A stretch of 35,382 nucleotides of DNA, taken from contig JBDRUX010000011.1 in NCBI GenBank assembly GCA_039801565.1, positions 1 through 35,382 on the forward strand, given 5' to 3'. The notes below the pieces were generated by a model. That model saw nothing but the letters and a program-made list of their open reading frames with translations, did no database searches and was not told the DNA's origin. Origin of the DNA: a candidate division WOR-3 bacterium (GTDB lineage: Bacteria > Hydrothermota > Tepidihabitantia > Tepidihabitantales > JAOUPE01). Position 1 is the first letter of the stretch. Every line of letters begins with the position of its first letter. The position numbers and the translations under genes are program-made. Below are positions 18,838-27,524 of this stretch, piece by piece.

Positions 18838-19360
18838 TAAAAAGCGCAACCATTACCATTTACCGCTTAAAACCTGTGCTAACTTTTTAATATTTAGTGA
18901 ACTGATAAAGTTTAAAATATTTTTAAAATGACTTTAATTTTATTTAAGATTTTTAGCTTTAATTTTCTATTATTTTGATAAGTCATTAATTTTCCAAGTC
19001 TTATTACCTCTTGACCCATCATTAGGGGCTAGCCCCCGGCTACCCTAAGGCTAACCCATAAGCGGTATCGGGGGCAGTATCAGAGATAGAGGCTGGAATC
19101 GCTTAATAGTTAGTCTTTTTGTTAGGCTTAGGGAAAGTCTTAATGGTTGATTTCTTATTTGCTTCTCAGATAGTTTAAGTTTCAGCCTTCTGGGCAAAAA
19201 TTACCGTTAGTTGGCAATCCACTTGGATTTCACCAGCTTTGCTGGCTATCGGGTTGGACACCAGAGAAGTTGGGATGGACAGTTAGGACACAAGTTTAAT
19301 TATTACCTGTCTTTATCCCCAAACTTCTGGGCTCTTAGTTTAAAGGCTAATCAATTTCGC

Positions 19361-20593
19361 CTAATTTGTTTTAATTAGCTTTTTGGTGATAGTAAGTTCT
19401 TTGGTTTCTAATTTAAGCAAATAGACACCAGCTCGAACTGGGTTAAAGGCATCGTCAGTTCCTGTCCATTCGACAATCCTAAGTCCGGATTCTTGTTGCC
19501 CATTGACTAAAACTTTAATTCGCTGACCCGAACGATTATAAATACTCAATTTCACTGTCCCTGGTTTACCAACATAGTAGCCGATTTTCACACTATTTTT
19601 GAATGGATTAGGTGATATTACACTAAAACCAACTGGTTTAAGAACCAATTCACCCTTGAGACCAACGAAACCGCAAGAAAACCAGGCGTCGTTACAATAA
19701 TTACCGTTATTACCGCCCAGTATCCAAATTTTATCGTCATAGGCAACTCCGCTCAGGCCAAACCTTGTTTCCCAACCAGCCGAATCGGTGGCTAAAAACC
19801 AGTTCATACCGTCATAAGAGTACCAGACATCATTAAGATTGACGCCATTCGATTTTCCACCCAGCACCCAGATTTTGTTATCAAAGACTAAGGCGGAAAA
19901 ATTCTGTCTTGCCGGCCATTCTGCCGAATTAGTGGCACAAGTCCAGTTTATACCATCGCTCGAATACCAGACATCGTTTAGGTCACCGGACGGACCGTTG
20001 CCGCCGAGGACCCAAATTTTATTATCAAATACGACCGAGGCGTGTAAATAACGCTTTTGCCAGGCAGCCGAGGAGCAAGCCCCGGTCCAGGAAAAACCAT
20101 CGGTGGAGAACCAGACATCGTTTTTATAACCGAAATATTCTACCCCACCCATTATCCAGATTTTGTTATTAAATGAAACGGCACTATGGCCAAAGCGCAT
20201 TGACCAATCAGCAGCAATGATTACCCTTGTCCAGTTTATCCCATCAGCAGAATTCCAGACATCATTTTTATAGTGGCCAAAGCCTTCGTGTCCGCCCATT
20301 AACCAAATCTGGTTGTTATGGACGACTGTTGTGTGAAAAGCCCTTCTTGACCAACCTGGTGCATTAGTGACACAATTCCAGTTTACGCCGTCGGTCGAAT
20401 TCCAGACATCGTTAAAATAATTAGAAAAATCCCAGCCCCCCAATATCCATAGTTTATTATCGAAGACGACCGCGGTGTGATTGGCGCGTCTTACCCAAGC
20501 ACAAGAATCAGTGACCTCAATCCATTCCATTTGCCCAGTGAGTAATTTGAACAATATAAAGAGAATAAGGATAGCAACTGCCTTTTTCATCAT
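19361..20593 (-). CDS. Secreted Kelch-repeat beta-propeller protein with a T9SS C-terminal sorting domain.
   Basis: Signal peptide MMKKAVAILILFILF. Five near-identical repeats DVW(N/Y/F)S.DG.NW......W..R....A.V.F(N/D)NKIW(I/V)(L/M)GG. C-terminus SPNPFKNSVKIGYYV...VKLSIYNRSGQRIKVL...GVYLLKLETK is a T9SS CTD. Confidence 0.8.
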   Translation of the reverse strand: MMKKAVAILILFILFKLLTGQMEWIEVTDSCAWVRRANHTAVVFDNKLWILGGWDFSNYFNDVWNSTDGVNWNCVTNAPGWSRRAFHTTVVHNNQIWLMGGHEGFGHYKNDVWNSADGINWTRVIIAADWSMRFGHSAVSFNNKIWIMGGVEYFGYKNDVWFSTDGFSWTGACSSAAWQKRYLHASVVFDNKIWVLGGNGPSGDLNDVWYSSDGINWTCATNSAEWPARQNFSALVFDNKIWVLGGKSNGVNLNDVWYSYDGMNWFLATDSAGWETRFGLSGVAYDDKIWILGGNNGNYCNDAWFSCGFVGLKGELVLKPVGFSVISPNPFKNSVKIGYYVGKPGTVKLSIYNRSGQRIKVLVNGQQESGLRIVEWTGTDDAFNPVRAGVYLLKLETKELTITKKLIKTN

Positions 20594-20625
20594 TCCCCCT
20601 TTTTTACCCCGTTTGACATTATATT

Positions 20626-20654
20626 ATTATAGCAATTGCGAATTCATTTGTCAA
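20626..20654 (-). promoter_or_regulatory. Consensus sigma70 promoter (TTGACA-N17-TATAAT) for the Kelch/T9SS gene.
   Basis: Minus-strand sequence cTTGACAaatgaattcgcaattgcTATAATaatataatg..aaaaagggggaATG. The SD-like aagggggA lies before the ATG. Confidence 0.5.
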
Positions 20655-20708
20655 GAGATAATCCAGGCATTACCGAGCCCTCGCCGAAATATAGACAAGT
20701 GCTTTAAA

Positions 20709-22352
20709 ATGGATATAATATCGAAAATGGTAAAATTAAGAATTGCCAAAAATATCAAAACAATGCTGAGAAAAATATTTTTGATATTTATTTTTATTGA
20801 GTTAAGTGAAGGAAATTCTCCACCGACTACACCTATTATTTTTGGTCCAAAGGTGGCCAAGATGGGCGAAGTTTGTAATTTTAAAATTTTTGCTACTGAC
20901 CCAGATGGCGATAGTATTAAATATTTTTATAAAGAAAATATAATAGGATTATGGAAAGAGACGCCTTTTTATGCGAGTGGAGAGACGGTTTATATTTCCC
21001 ATGTTTTAATGGGTAGCGGAGTCCGCAAAATTTCCTTTTATACTCAGGATAAAAAAGGAGCATCTTCTAAAGAAATTATTTATGAGATTACGGGGAAAAT
21101 ACCTGAGAGATTAAAGGGAATAAAGGAATTTACCGGTATCTTTTTCCCCTACGAAAAAGGATGGAAGATAATAGATTTTTGGACGCTTGATACCAGTGGC
21201 CGGATGATAGTAAGGTTGCAGAAATCACCAAATGGAAGAACACTCGATGCCTTTTGGCTTTGCCAATTAAAAGAAGCTATATTAAAAAAGATACAATTTC
21301 TTAGTATTGATGATAGATATTTGGTAAACGAGGAAGGAATGTGTGGGCATGATAAAGGTATAAGTTTCAATGATAGTATATTTTGTTATACGGCTTATGA
21401 ATGGAGAAGAAGTGAATGGACATATATTTTTGATTTAAAAAATTGGGAAATAATTGGTGAAATAGGTAGAAAATATACTCCAAGTAATGTTTTTGTTCCG
21501 CCGCCTCATTTTTCGGTAATTTCGGAAAAAGAAGGAGAAAATGAATTCGCGGGAACATCTCTTGGAAAATTTTTAATAATTCCTTATTTTCCAATTAAAG
21601 ATTTAGGAGAAAGATGGAGAGATATGACTTTAGGAGAATGTTGTTTAGAGATAGACCCAAAGAAAAATCTGGGATTTCTTATTAAAGGTTCAGCAGAGAA
21701 TATACCACCTTTTAAGGTTTTAGTGATTTCCGATAGTGAATTACTTATTGAGATATTTAAAACTGACTCGTTTATAAAAGCGAATGATTTAAAGAGAAGC
21801 GAATATTTAGAAGTATGGCAAAGGACTAATGAGGGAGATTGCAATTATAATTTTTATCGTTGGGGCATAAGACTTGCTGATGGAGAGATATTTATTTTAT
21901 CAGACCCAATTTTTTTTAAAACCTTTGAATACGGAGATGGTGTTGAAGCAGTGGCTAAAAAATTTAATTGGATTTTATTAGAGGACATTGAAGGAACCGG
22001 GGTATTTAAAGCTCCTGATAGTGTGCCGAAATTGCCAGAGGTTTGGGTAAGCGATAAGGAAGAGAGGAAAAAGATGCATAATTCAGTTATGGTGAAGATA
22101 AAATTGCCTTATAAAATAGTTTTTGATGCTTCTTCTCTTTCTATTGCTTATTATTTTCCGGACAAAAAAAGTTCGCTCTTTTCTACAAGTGAGATTAAAT
22201 TTGATGAAAAATATCGTATGTTTTCGTTAAGTATGGTGACTCCTTCTCAATATTATACGGGTGTTTTATTAGGTGATAAATTAGTGAAGCAAAAGATTCC
22301 TCAGAAATTTGACCCCGATAAACCAATATTTGATTATCGAAGACCCTATTGA
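20709..22352 (+). CDS. Hypothetical secreted protein encoded by a distinctly AT-rich gene. The start is uncertain: the ORF track's 20481 start runs into the convergent Kelch gene, and MDIISK at 20709 or MLRKIFLIFIF are more plausible.
   Basis: Long clean ORF whose base composition is visibly AT-richer than the flanking genes. A hydrophobic signal-like segment LRKIFLIFIFIELSEG is present. No T9SS CTD and no recognisable catalytic motif. Confidence 0.55.
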   Translation: MDIISKMVKLRIAKNIKTMLRKIFLIFIFIELSEGNSPPTTPIIFGPKVAKMGEVCNFKIFATDPDGDSIKYFYKENIIGLWKETPFYASGETVYISHVLMGSGVRKISFYTQDKKGASSKEIIYEITGKIPERLKGIKEFTGIFFPYEKGWKIIDFWTLDTSGRMIVRLQKSPNGRTLDAFWLCQLKEAILKKIQFLSIDDRYLVNEEGMCGHDKGISFNDSIFCYTAYEWRRSEWTYIFDLKNWEIIGEIGRKYTPSNVFVPPPHFSVISEKEGENEFAGTSLGKFLIIPYFPIKDLGERWRDMTLGECCLEIDPKKNLGFLIKGSAENIPPFKVLVISDSELLIEIFKTDSFIKANDLKRSEYLEVWQRTNEGDCNYNFYRWGIRLADGEIFILSDPIFFKTFEYGDGVEAVAKKFNWILLEDIEGTGVFKAPDSVPKLPEVWVSDKEERKKMHNSVMVKIKLPYKIVFDASSLSIAYYFPDKKSSLFSTSEIKFDEKYRMFSLSMVTPSQYYTGVLLGDKLVKQKIPQKFDPDKPIFDYRRPY

Positions 22353-22452
22353 ATATATTATCCTTTTCTAATTTGACTTTTAATAATTTTGCCAGCTTTT
22401 TAAGGAATAATCTTTTGATAAAAGGCTTGTAAACATTTTTAAGAAAAAAGTG

Positions 22453-22480
22453 TTGACAGCAATTAAAACAATCTTAAAAT
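22453..22480 (+). promoter_or_regulatory. Sigma70 promoter TTGACA-N16-TAAAAT ending 6 nt before ATG 22487, which predicts a leaderless transcript.
   Basis: gtgTTGACAgcaattaaaacaatctTAAAATaaccctATG. There is no SD between the -10 and the ATG. Confidence 0.5.
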
Positions 22481-22486
22481 AACCCT

Positions 22487-23887
22487 ATGAAACCAATTAA
22501 TTCTCTAACTATTTGTCTTCTTGCTATTTCGGTCACCTTAGCCCAGTGGACAACGATTAGTGTTGATACCGTAACATCCTTGCCCACGGCTAAGACTATG
22601 ACGATGCAGGCATTGGCGATTGATAATAACCAGACACTTCATGCGGTTTGGACCGAACGGATTTCACCCGGTATTAATCGGATTTATTATTCTTATAAGG
22701 TAATCGGTTCGACTTGGAGTTTGCCGGAATTAGTAGCAGATTCCACTAATAGTGACGCAGTATTAGGAGTCGAGGCTAATTCTGGAGTAGTCCATATCGC
22801 TTATACTGTCACAATTAGCACTTATCCTGAACTCTTCTACGCTACCAATCGCACTGGTAATTGGGAAAGAACTCGTCTGACTAACAATGATGTCTACGAC
22901 TATGCGCCCACCATTGTGGTCAAAGGTAGTTCCGCCCATATCGCCTGGATTACGGTTGATTCTTTGAGGCAATATCGAATTGCTTACGGGATTTATTCTT
23001 CGGGCAGTTGGTACAAAGAAATTCTTTATGGCAGTCAGCTTGGCGATTTTGGTTTAGGTGCCGCACCTTATCTTGCTCTCGAACCAACTGGAATTGCTCA
23101 TATCAGTTATCGTGGTGGCAACTACGGTAATTACCATATCCATCATGCTGAAAATCCGCTTGGTGATACAACTTGGCTCTATGAGGTTCTTTATACGGTG
23201 AATGCCAATGACTTCAGTTCGGCGCTGGCAGCAAAGCACAATGGTGAACTTTTCTTAGTTTGTAGTGGCAACGATGGTTGGGGGTTTCCCTTCCGAACTT
23301 GCTACTTACATCGTCCACCAAACTCATCAACTTGGGAACCTTATCAATTGATGACCGGCGATGCCAGTGCCACTTTACGCGGTTTTGCCCTGGACTCTAA
23401 TTTTGTTCATATCAGTTGGGAACGGGTTAGTGGCAATATTCTAACCGAAGAAATCTATCACTGCTCCAATTTTTCCGGTCGTTGGTTCAATTCCGGGATT
23501 AGAACCGATGGTCAAACCAGTTATGGCGCATTAGTGATTGATAATAATCATTGTGGACACTGCTTAGTAGTTTCGGGTGCTAATATTGATTCGCAGTCAG
23601 TCTATTGTCTTAACAGTGCCCCACTCACTAGTTTGAATGAAAGTCGAAATGATAACTGTGGCAATTTTTTAAGCCGAAGCTTAAGAATTTTACGCCCACC
23701 GGTGCGACTGAAAATAAATGACGCTACTACTTCTCCAGTCTCGATTTATAACAGTAATGGGCAAAAACTCACCCGAATTCCAGTTCAAAATGATGGCACA
23801 ATAGTCTGGAATGAACCCAATATTGCCACTGGCATCTATTTTTGCCAATATCGAGGGAAGACTTTGCCATTTATTCTATTACGCTAA
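22487..23887 (+). CDS. Secreted beta-propeller-like repeat protein with a T9SS C-terminal sorting domain.
   Basis: Signal peptide MKPINSLTICLLAISVTLAQ. Repeated (V/A)HI(A/S)(W/Y) strand motifs (LHAVWTE, VHIAYTV, AHIAWITV, AHISYRG, VHISWERV). C-terminus VSIYNSNGQKLTRIPVQNDGTIVWNEPNIATGIYFCQYRGKTLPFILLR matches a T9SS CTD. Confidence 0.75.
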   Translation: MKPINSLTICLLAISVTLAQWTTISVDTVTSLPTAKTMTMQALAIDNNQTLHAVWTERISPGINRIYYSYKVIGSTWSLPELVADSTNSDAVLGVEANSGVVHIAYTVTISTYPELFYATNRTGNWERTRLTNNDVYDYAPTIVVKGSSAHIAWITVDSLRQYRIAYGIYSSGSWYKEILYGSQLGDFGLGAAPYLALEPTGIAHISYRGGNYGNYHIHHAENPLGDTTWLYEVLYTVNANDFSSALAAKHNGELFLVCSGNDGWGFPFRTCYLHRPPNSSTWEPYQLMTGDASATLRGFALDSNFVHISWERVSGNILTEEIYHCSNFSGRWFNSGIRTDGQTSYGALVIDNNHCGHCLVVSGANIDSQSVYCLNSAPLTSLNESRNDNCGNFLSRSLRILRPPVRLKINDATTSPVSIYNSNGQKLTRIPVQNDGTIVWNEPNIATGIYFCQYRGKTLPFILLR

Positions 23888-23984
23888 TTCTTTCATCAGC
23901 CGAAGGTTGGTATGCTATTGGTCCGGAAATACACACTCGCTGAAGCAAATATTTTGCCGCGGGCGAGTTGTTATTAAACTTATC

Positions 23985-24158
23985 TTATTTCTTAGCTTTT
24001 TTCGGTGCCCCGGGCAGAATCTTATACATCCCGGTTCCGCACTTTACGCAAGTGCCCTTCATTGCTTTCCGACCCGTCTTCATTTTAACTTCCTTCGGGT
24101 CTTTCATTTCACTTGGCTTTCGGCACTTCACGCAATAGGCTTTTACTTTTTCTGCCAT
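23985..24158 (-). CDS. Small zinc-ribbon protein of 57 aa, absent from the ORF track because it is under 60 aa.
   Basis: Minus-strand translation MAEKVKAYCVKCRKPSEMKDPKEVKMKTGRKAMKGTCVKCGTGMYKILPGAPKKAKK. Two CxxC pairs are spaced for a zinc ribbon. The sequence is Lys-rich with a clean start and stop. The track's 122-aa ORF 23811-24179 (+) is its antisense. Confidence 0.6.
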   Translation of the reverse strand: MAEKVKAYCVKCRKPSEMKDPKEVKMKTGRKAMKGTCVKCGTGMYKILPGAPKKAKK

Positions 24159-24973
24159 CTTTGCTCCTTTTATATTTAATTTAAAATTGATTGAATATAC
24201 TGAAATTTTGGTTTATGTCAATAAAAATCTGTAAGGGGCGTGCTATCACCTTGTATCAATTTTGGATTAGGGGTCACAAACCGCGCTACGGACTACATTT
24301 ATTAATTATTCAACTTTTTCAAACGGGGAATAATTTCTGACTTTTTCGATAACCCAATTCTTTCGGTAACCCCATTTGAAATAATCCACCCTGTTTACGA
24401 ATTTTTCTTATAAGCCCCACCGTTTCTTTGGTGAAGACTATAAATTCTTTTACGCATTATCTTATAAGATTGTATTATCAACACAGAAAAGTCAAGCCAA
24501 AATTTCTCTTAAGTTTTTGATATTTAGATTCTTATATCAAATTTTGCTTTAGGCTGAGTATGGTATAGGAGGTAACCCCGTGGTGATTCCATAGGTAGCC
24601 CGGTAGGTTGTTTCGGAAGTTGGTCCGGGGATAGTAAGCAGGTTGGAGAAACTGACTGTAAACAACTTCCGAGACGAACTGGCAGGCAACTTTGGAAGCA
24701 ACCCGGCAGGTAACTCGATAAGTCACTTGGAGAGCAAACGCCAACACCAACTCATTGCCAATTGGAATTCCAAAACGAGTTCAGAATGACAACACAAAAC
24801 ATCAAAATGAATGGGGAGCAAAAATTCTTATAGCAGGACGCTTTGAGCAAAATTTTATTTATGATTTGACCTTATTCCAGGCAATATTTTATATCGCATC
24901 AGGAAATGGTTACATTTCTCTCTTGACATTTGCTTTTCTCTCCTTCATAGTGATGATAAAAAGGAGCGATGCA

Positions 24974-25954
24974 ATGGGAATTGTAATTACCCTTTTATTA
25001 ATCTTTGGCGGATTAATTGTTGCTGTTATTTTCATTTTAGCAATCAAAGGCTTGGTCCGAGTCGCTCAGGCTGAAGTGATCGTAGTGGAAAGGTTGGGCA
25101 AGTTTCATCGTTTAGCTGAAAGCGGTATTCGGATTATTTGGCCCTTGCTCGACCAAAAGAAAAAAGTCTACGCCCGAGTAATGAAGACTGATGCTGAAGG
25201 CAAGTCATTTACAATAACTACCTTGGTTGACCGAATTGATTTGCGAGAGCAGATTTTAGATTTTCCGAAACAGACGGTAATCACAAAAGATAATGTGACG
25301 ATTGATATTGATTCGGTTTTTTATTATCGTATTACTGACCCGGTCCGTGCCACTTATGAGATTGCTAACTTGCCCTATGCCATTGAAATGCTGGTTCAGA
25401 CAACACTGCGAAATATTATTGGTGAGATGGATTTAGACCAGACCTTGGCTTCGCGGGAGATAATAAATAATAAACTGCGGCGCGTGTTAGATGAAACGAC
25501 TGCTAATTGGGGAGTAACGGTGACCAGAGTCGAAATACAAAATATCGAGCCACCACCAGAAGTTAAGATTACAATGGAGCGTCAGATGCGTGCGGAACGC
25601 GACCGTCGCGCTTCGGTCTTAGAAGCCGAAGGTAAAAAACAGGCAAGCATCCTTGCCGCCGAAGGGGAACGCGAAGCGGCGATACTCTGGGCCGAAGGGA
25701 CTAAACAGAAGTCAATCTTAGAGGCTGAAGGTAGAGCCGAAGCTCTACTCAAATTAACCGAAGCCGAAGCCCAAGCGGTCGAAAAAATTAAAGCAGTGGT
25801 TGGAGAAGATAATGCCACTAAGTATCTAATCGCAATCAAATATCTGCAGTCATTAGAAAAAATCGCCAGCGGTCCGGCTAACAAAGTATTTTTGCCTATC
25901 GAAACCTCGGGAATTTTAGGCTCTTTGGGGGCAATTAAAGATATATTCAGATAA
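24974..25954 (+). CDS. SPFH/band-7 (stomatin/flotillin-like) membrane protein. The start is placed at the ATG with a strong SD rather than at the track's 24755.
   Basis: aaaaaGGAGcgatgcaATG at 24974. An N-terminal TM helix (ITLLLIFGGLIVAVIFILAI) is followed by the SPFH core (AEVIVVERLGKFHR..., ITKDNVTIDIDSVFYYRITDP). The C-terminus has Ala/Glu-rich EAEGK..ILAAEGERE..ILEAEGRAEA repeats typical of flotillin/YqiK-type proteins. Confidence 0.85.
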   Translation: MGIVITLLLIFGGLIVAVIFILAIKGLVRVAQAEVIVVERLGKFHRLAESGIRIIWPLLDQKKKVYARVMKTDAEGKSFTITTLVDRIDLREQILDFPKQTVITKDNVTIDIDSVFYYRITDPVRATYEIANLPYAIEMLVQTTLRNIIGEMDLDQTLASREIINNKLRRVLDETTANWGVTVTRVEIQNIEPPPEVKITMERQMRAERDRRASVLEAEGKKQASILAAEGEREAAILWAEGTKQKSILEAEGRAEALLKLTEAEAQAVEKIKAVVGEDNATKYLIAIKYLQSLEKIASGPANKVFLPIETSGILGSLGAIKDIFR

Positions 25955-25957
25955 AAC

Positions 25958-26293
25958 CTATTGTTCTCCGCAAACCGGACATTTCAATTTAATGTTTTCG
26001 GGCGGACCGGGATGTAATTCATTCTCTAAACCCTTATCGGCATTTTTGTGAAATGCCTGACATTCGAGCAGGTAGGCTTCCTTTGGGGAAAGGGCATATT
26101 CGAACCAAAAGTATTTATACTTACCAACCCATCGTTTCAAAGCAAGATTCAAATCGGTATCGGAACGGGCAACATAAGTTGGTCTATTCGGTGTATTAGA
26201 AATTCCATAAACTCCCGGCCGGTTCGGCACAATCAGAATATCAATCCGAGAGACTTCTAATGCGAAAGGCCCTCGCATCATTACTCCTACCAT
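25958..26293 (-). CDS. Small GIY-YIG-like nuclease-domain protein with a C-terminal CxxC.
   Basis: PGVYGISNTPNRPTYVARSDTDLNLALKRW resembles the UvrC-type GIY-(10)-YVG-...-L..RL pattern. The C-terminus is KLKCPVCGEQ. 111 aa. Confidence 0.45.
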   Translation of the reverse strand: MVGVMMRGPFALEVSRIDILIVPNRPGVYGISNTPNRPTYVARSDTDLNLALKRWVGKYKYFWFEYALSPKEAYLLECQAFHKNADKGLENELHPGPPENIKLKCPVCGEQ

Positions 26294-26420
26294 TTAAGCC
26301 ATTTGGTTTTAGTCGCTGCTGGAATAGTGGTAAATCGGAAGGATTGAAAGATAAATCAATCGGTTGGTCTAAGATGTAACCCATTTTCGGCTCGCTAAAT
26401 TATAGTATTTTGGTAAAACT

Positions 26421-27524
26421 TTGTCAAGAAAAAAAAGATTGACTTTGAAAAATTTTTATTTAAAATGCACGAACTTGAAAGCATTAAAACTACAAAAACG
26501 GTATTTAAAAGACTATTTAAATTCGCTACGCAAATACGGCGAAGTCTTTGGTCCAGTAAAAAAGGGTGATAAATTTATTTACGACCGGTTAGATGACCTC
26601 GATCGACTTGACCTCTCGATGCTTCGAACTATCGTCCCAGCTAAAAAGTTTCTTATTCCACCTCGATTTAACACCTTTTCGTTCGATGATAAAGGTTATT
26701 ATGCCGAGTTAGAAAATATTCAACCTTGTGTTATCTTTGGCGTTCACCCTTGCGAAATCCACGGCATTATGATTTTAGATAAGCTGTTTACCGAACGGCT
26801 TCCGGATATTTATTATACCGAACGGCGTCGGAAAACTGCTATCCTTGGTTTATCTTGCGTGCCGGATGATAAGTGTTTTGCCAAATCAACTAATACCCAT
26901 TTCGTTGAAGCCGGTTTCGATTTAGCATTTAACGATTTAGGAGCGAACGAAGACGAATATTTAGTTTGGGTTGGTTCAAGTTTAGGCGATGATTTGATTC
27001 GCTTAAGGCTTGACCTATTCGACGAGAATATTAAAAAATCCGACCTCGATAAGTATATAAAATGGCGCAACTGGCGGGATGCCCAGTATAAATTAGAAAT
27101 TGATATGACCGGTATGCCGGATATTATGGAATTATCTTACGATTTACCGATTTGGCAGGAGTTAGGTGAAAGGTGTCTTTCTTGCGGTGCTTGCAGTATG
27201 GTCTGTCCAACCTGTCCTTGTTACAATATTATTGACCGGATGAACCCAGCAGTCTTTCAAGGTTTTCGGGAACGTTATTGGGACTCTTGTATGTTTAAAG
27301 AATTCGCTTTAGTTGCCGGGGGGCATAATTTTCGAGAAAGTCGGGCTTCAAGGGTTCGACTCTGGTATACCCATAAATTAAAGGCATTTATTACCGAGTT
27401 CGGTCGTCCGGCTTGTGTCGGCTGTGGACGCTGTATTGATACTTGCGTGGTTGATATTAATGTTAAAACTGTTGCGAATGCCCTACGTGGGGCAGAAAAA
27501 TCTTCCAAAATTGAGGTGAAATGA
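26421..27524 (+). CDS. hydB: Sulfhydrogenase (group 3b NiFe hydrogenase) beta subunit, HydB/AsrA-like iron-sulfur protein. The true start is probably TTG at 26475.
   Basis: FGPVKKGDKFIYDRLDDLDRLDLSMLRTIVPAKKFLIPP parallels the Pyrococcus HydB N-terminal region. Cys clusters CLSCGACSMVCPTCPC and CVGCGRCIDTC are present. The hydG, hydD and hydA genes follow. Confidence 0.8.
   Translation: MSRKKRLTLKNFYLKCTNLKALKLQKRYLKDYLNSLRKYGEVFGPVKKGDKFIYDRLDDLDRLDLSMLRTIVPAKKFLIPPRFNTFSFDDKGYYAELENIQPCVIFGVHPCEIHGIMILDKLFTERLPDIYYTERRRKTAILGLSCVPDDKCFAKSTNTHFVEAGFDLAFNDLGANEDEYLVWVGSSLGDDLIRLRLDLFDENIKKSDLDKYIKWRNWRDAQYKLEIDMTGMPDIMELSYDLPIWQELGERCLSCGACSMVCPTCPCYNIIDRMNPAVFQGFRERYWDSCMFKEFALVAGGHNFRESRASRVRLWYTHKLKAFITEFGRPACVGCGRCIDTCVVDINVKTVANALRGAEKSSKIEVK

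Noticed and set aside
20481-20708. Start of the 623-aa ORF at 20481.
   Set aside because: It would overlap the convergent Kelch gene's N-terminus and promoter by >100 nt. An internal Met (20709 or later) followed by a hydrophobic signal segment is more plausible.
23811-24179. 122-aa plus-strand ORF.
   Set aside because: It is antisense to a well-formed 57-aa zinc-ribbon gene. The translation is Cys/Phe/Leu-rich junk.
24620-24670. SRP (4.5S) RNA-like core ggtccgg...aagcagg.
   Set aside because: The conserved GGAA tetraloop and the symmetric-loop context of domain IV are not reproduced. It is kept only as a generic candidate structured RNA.
24755-24973. N-terminal 73-codon extension of the SPFH gene.
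   Set aside because: It has no SD and no promoter upstream, and the translation is not protein-like. A strong SD and the conserved TM helix begin at 24974.
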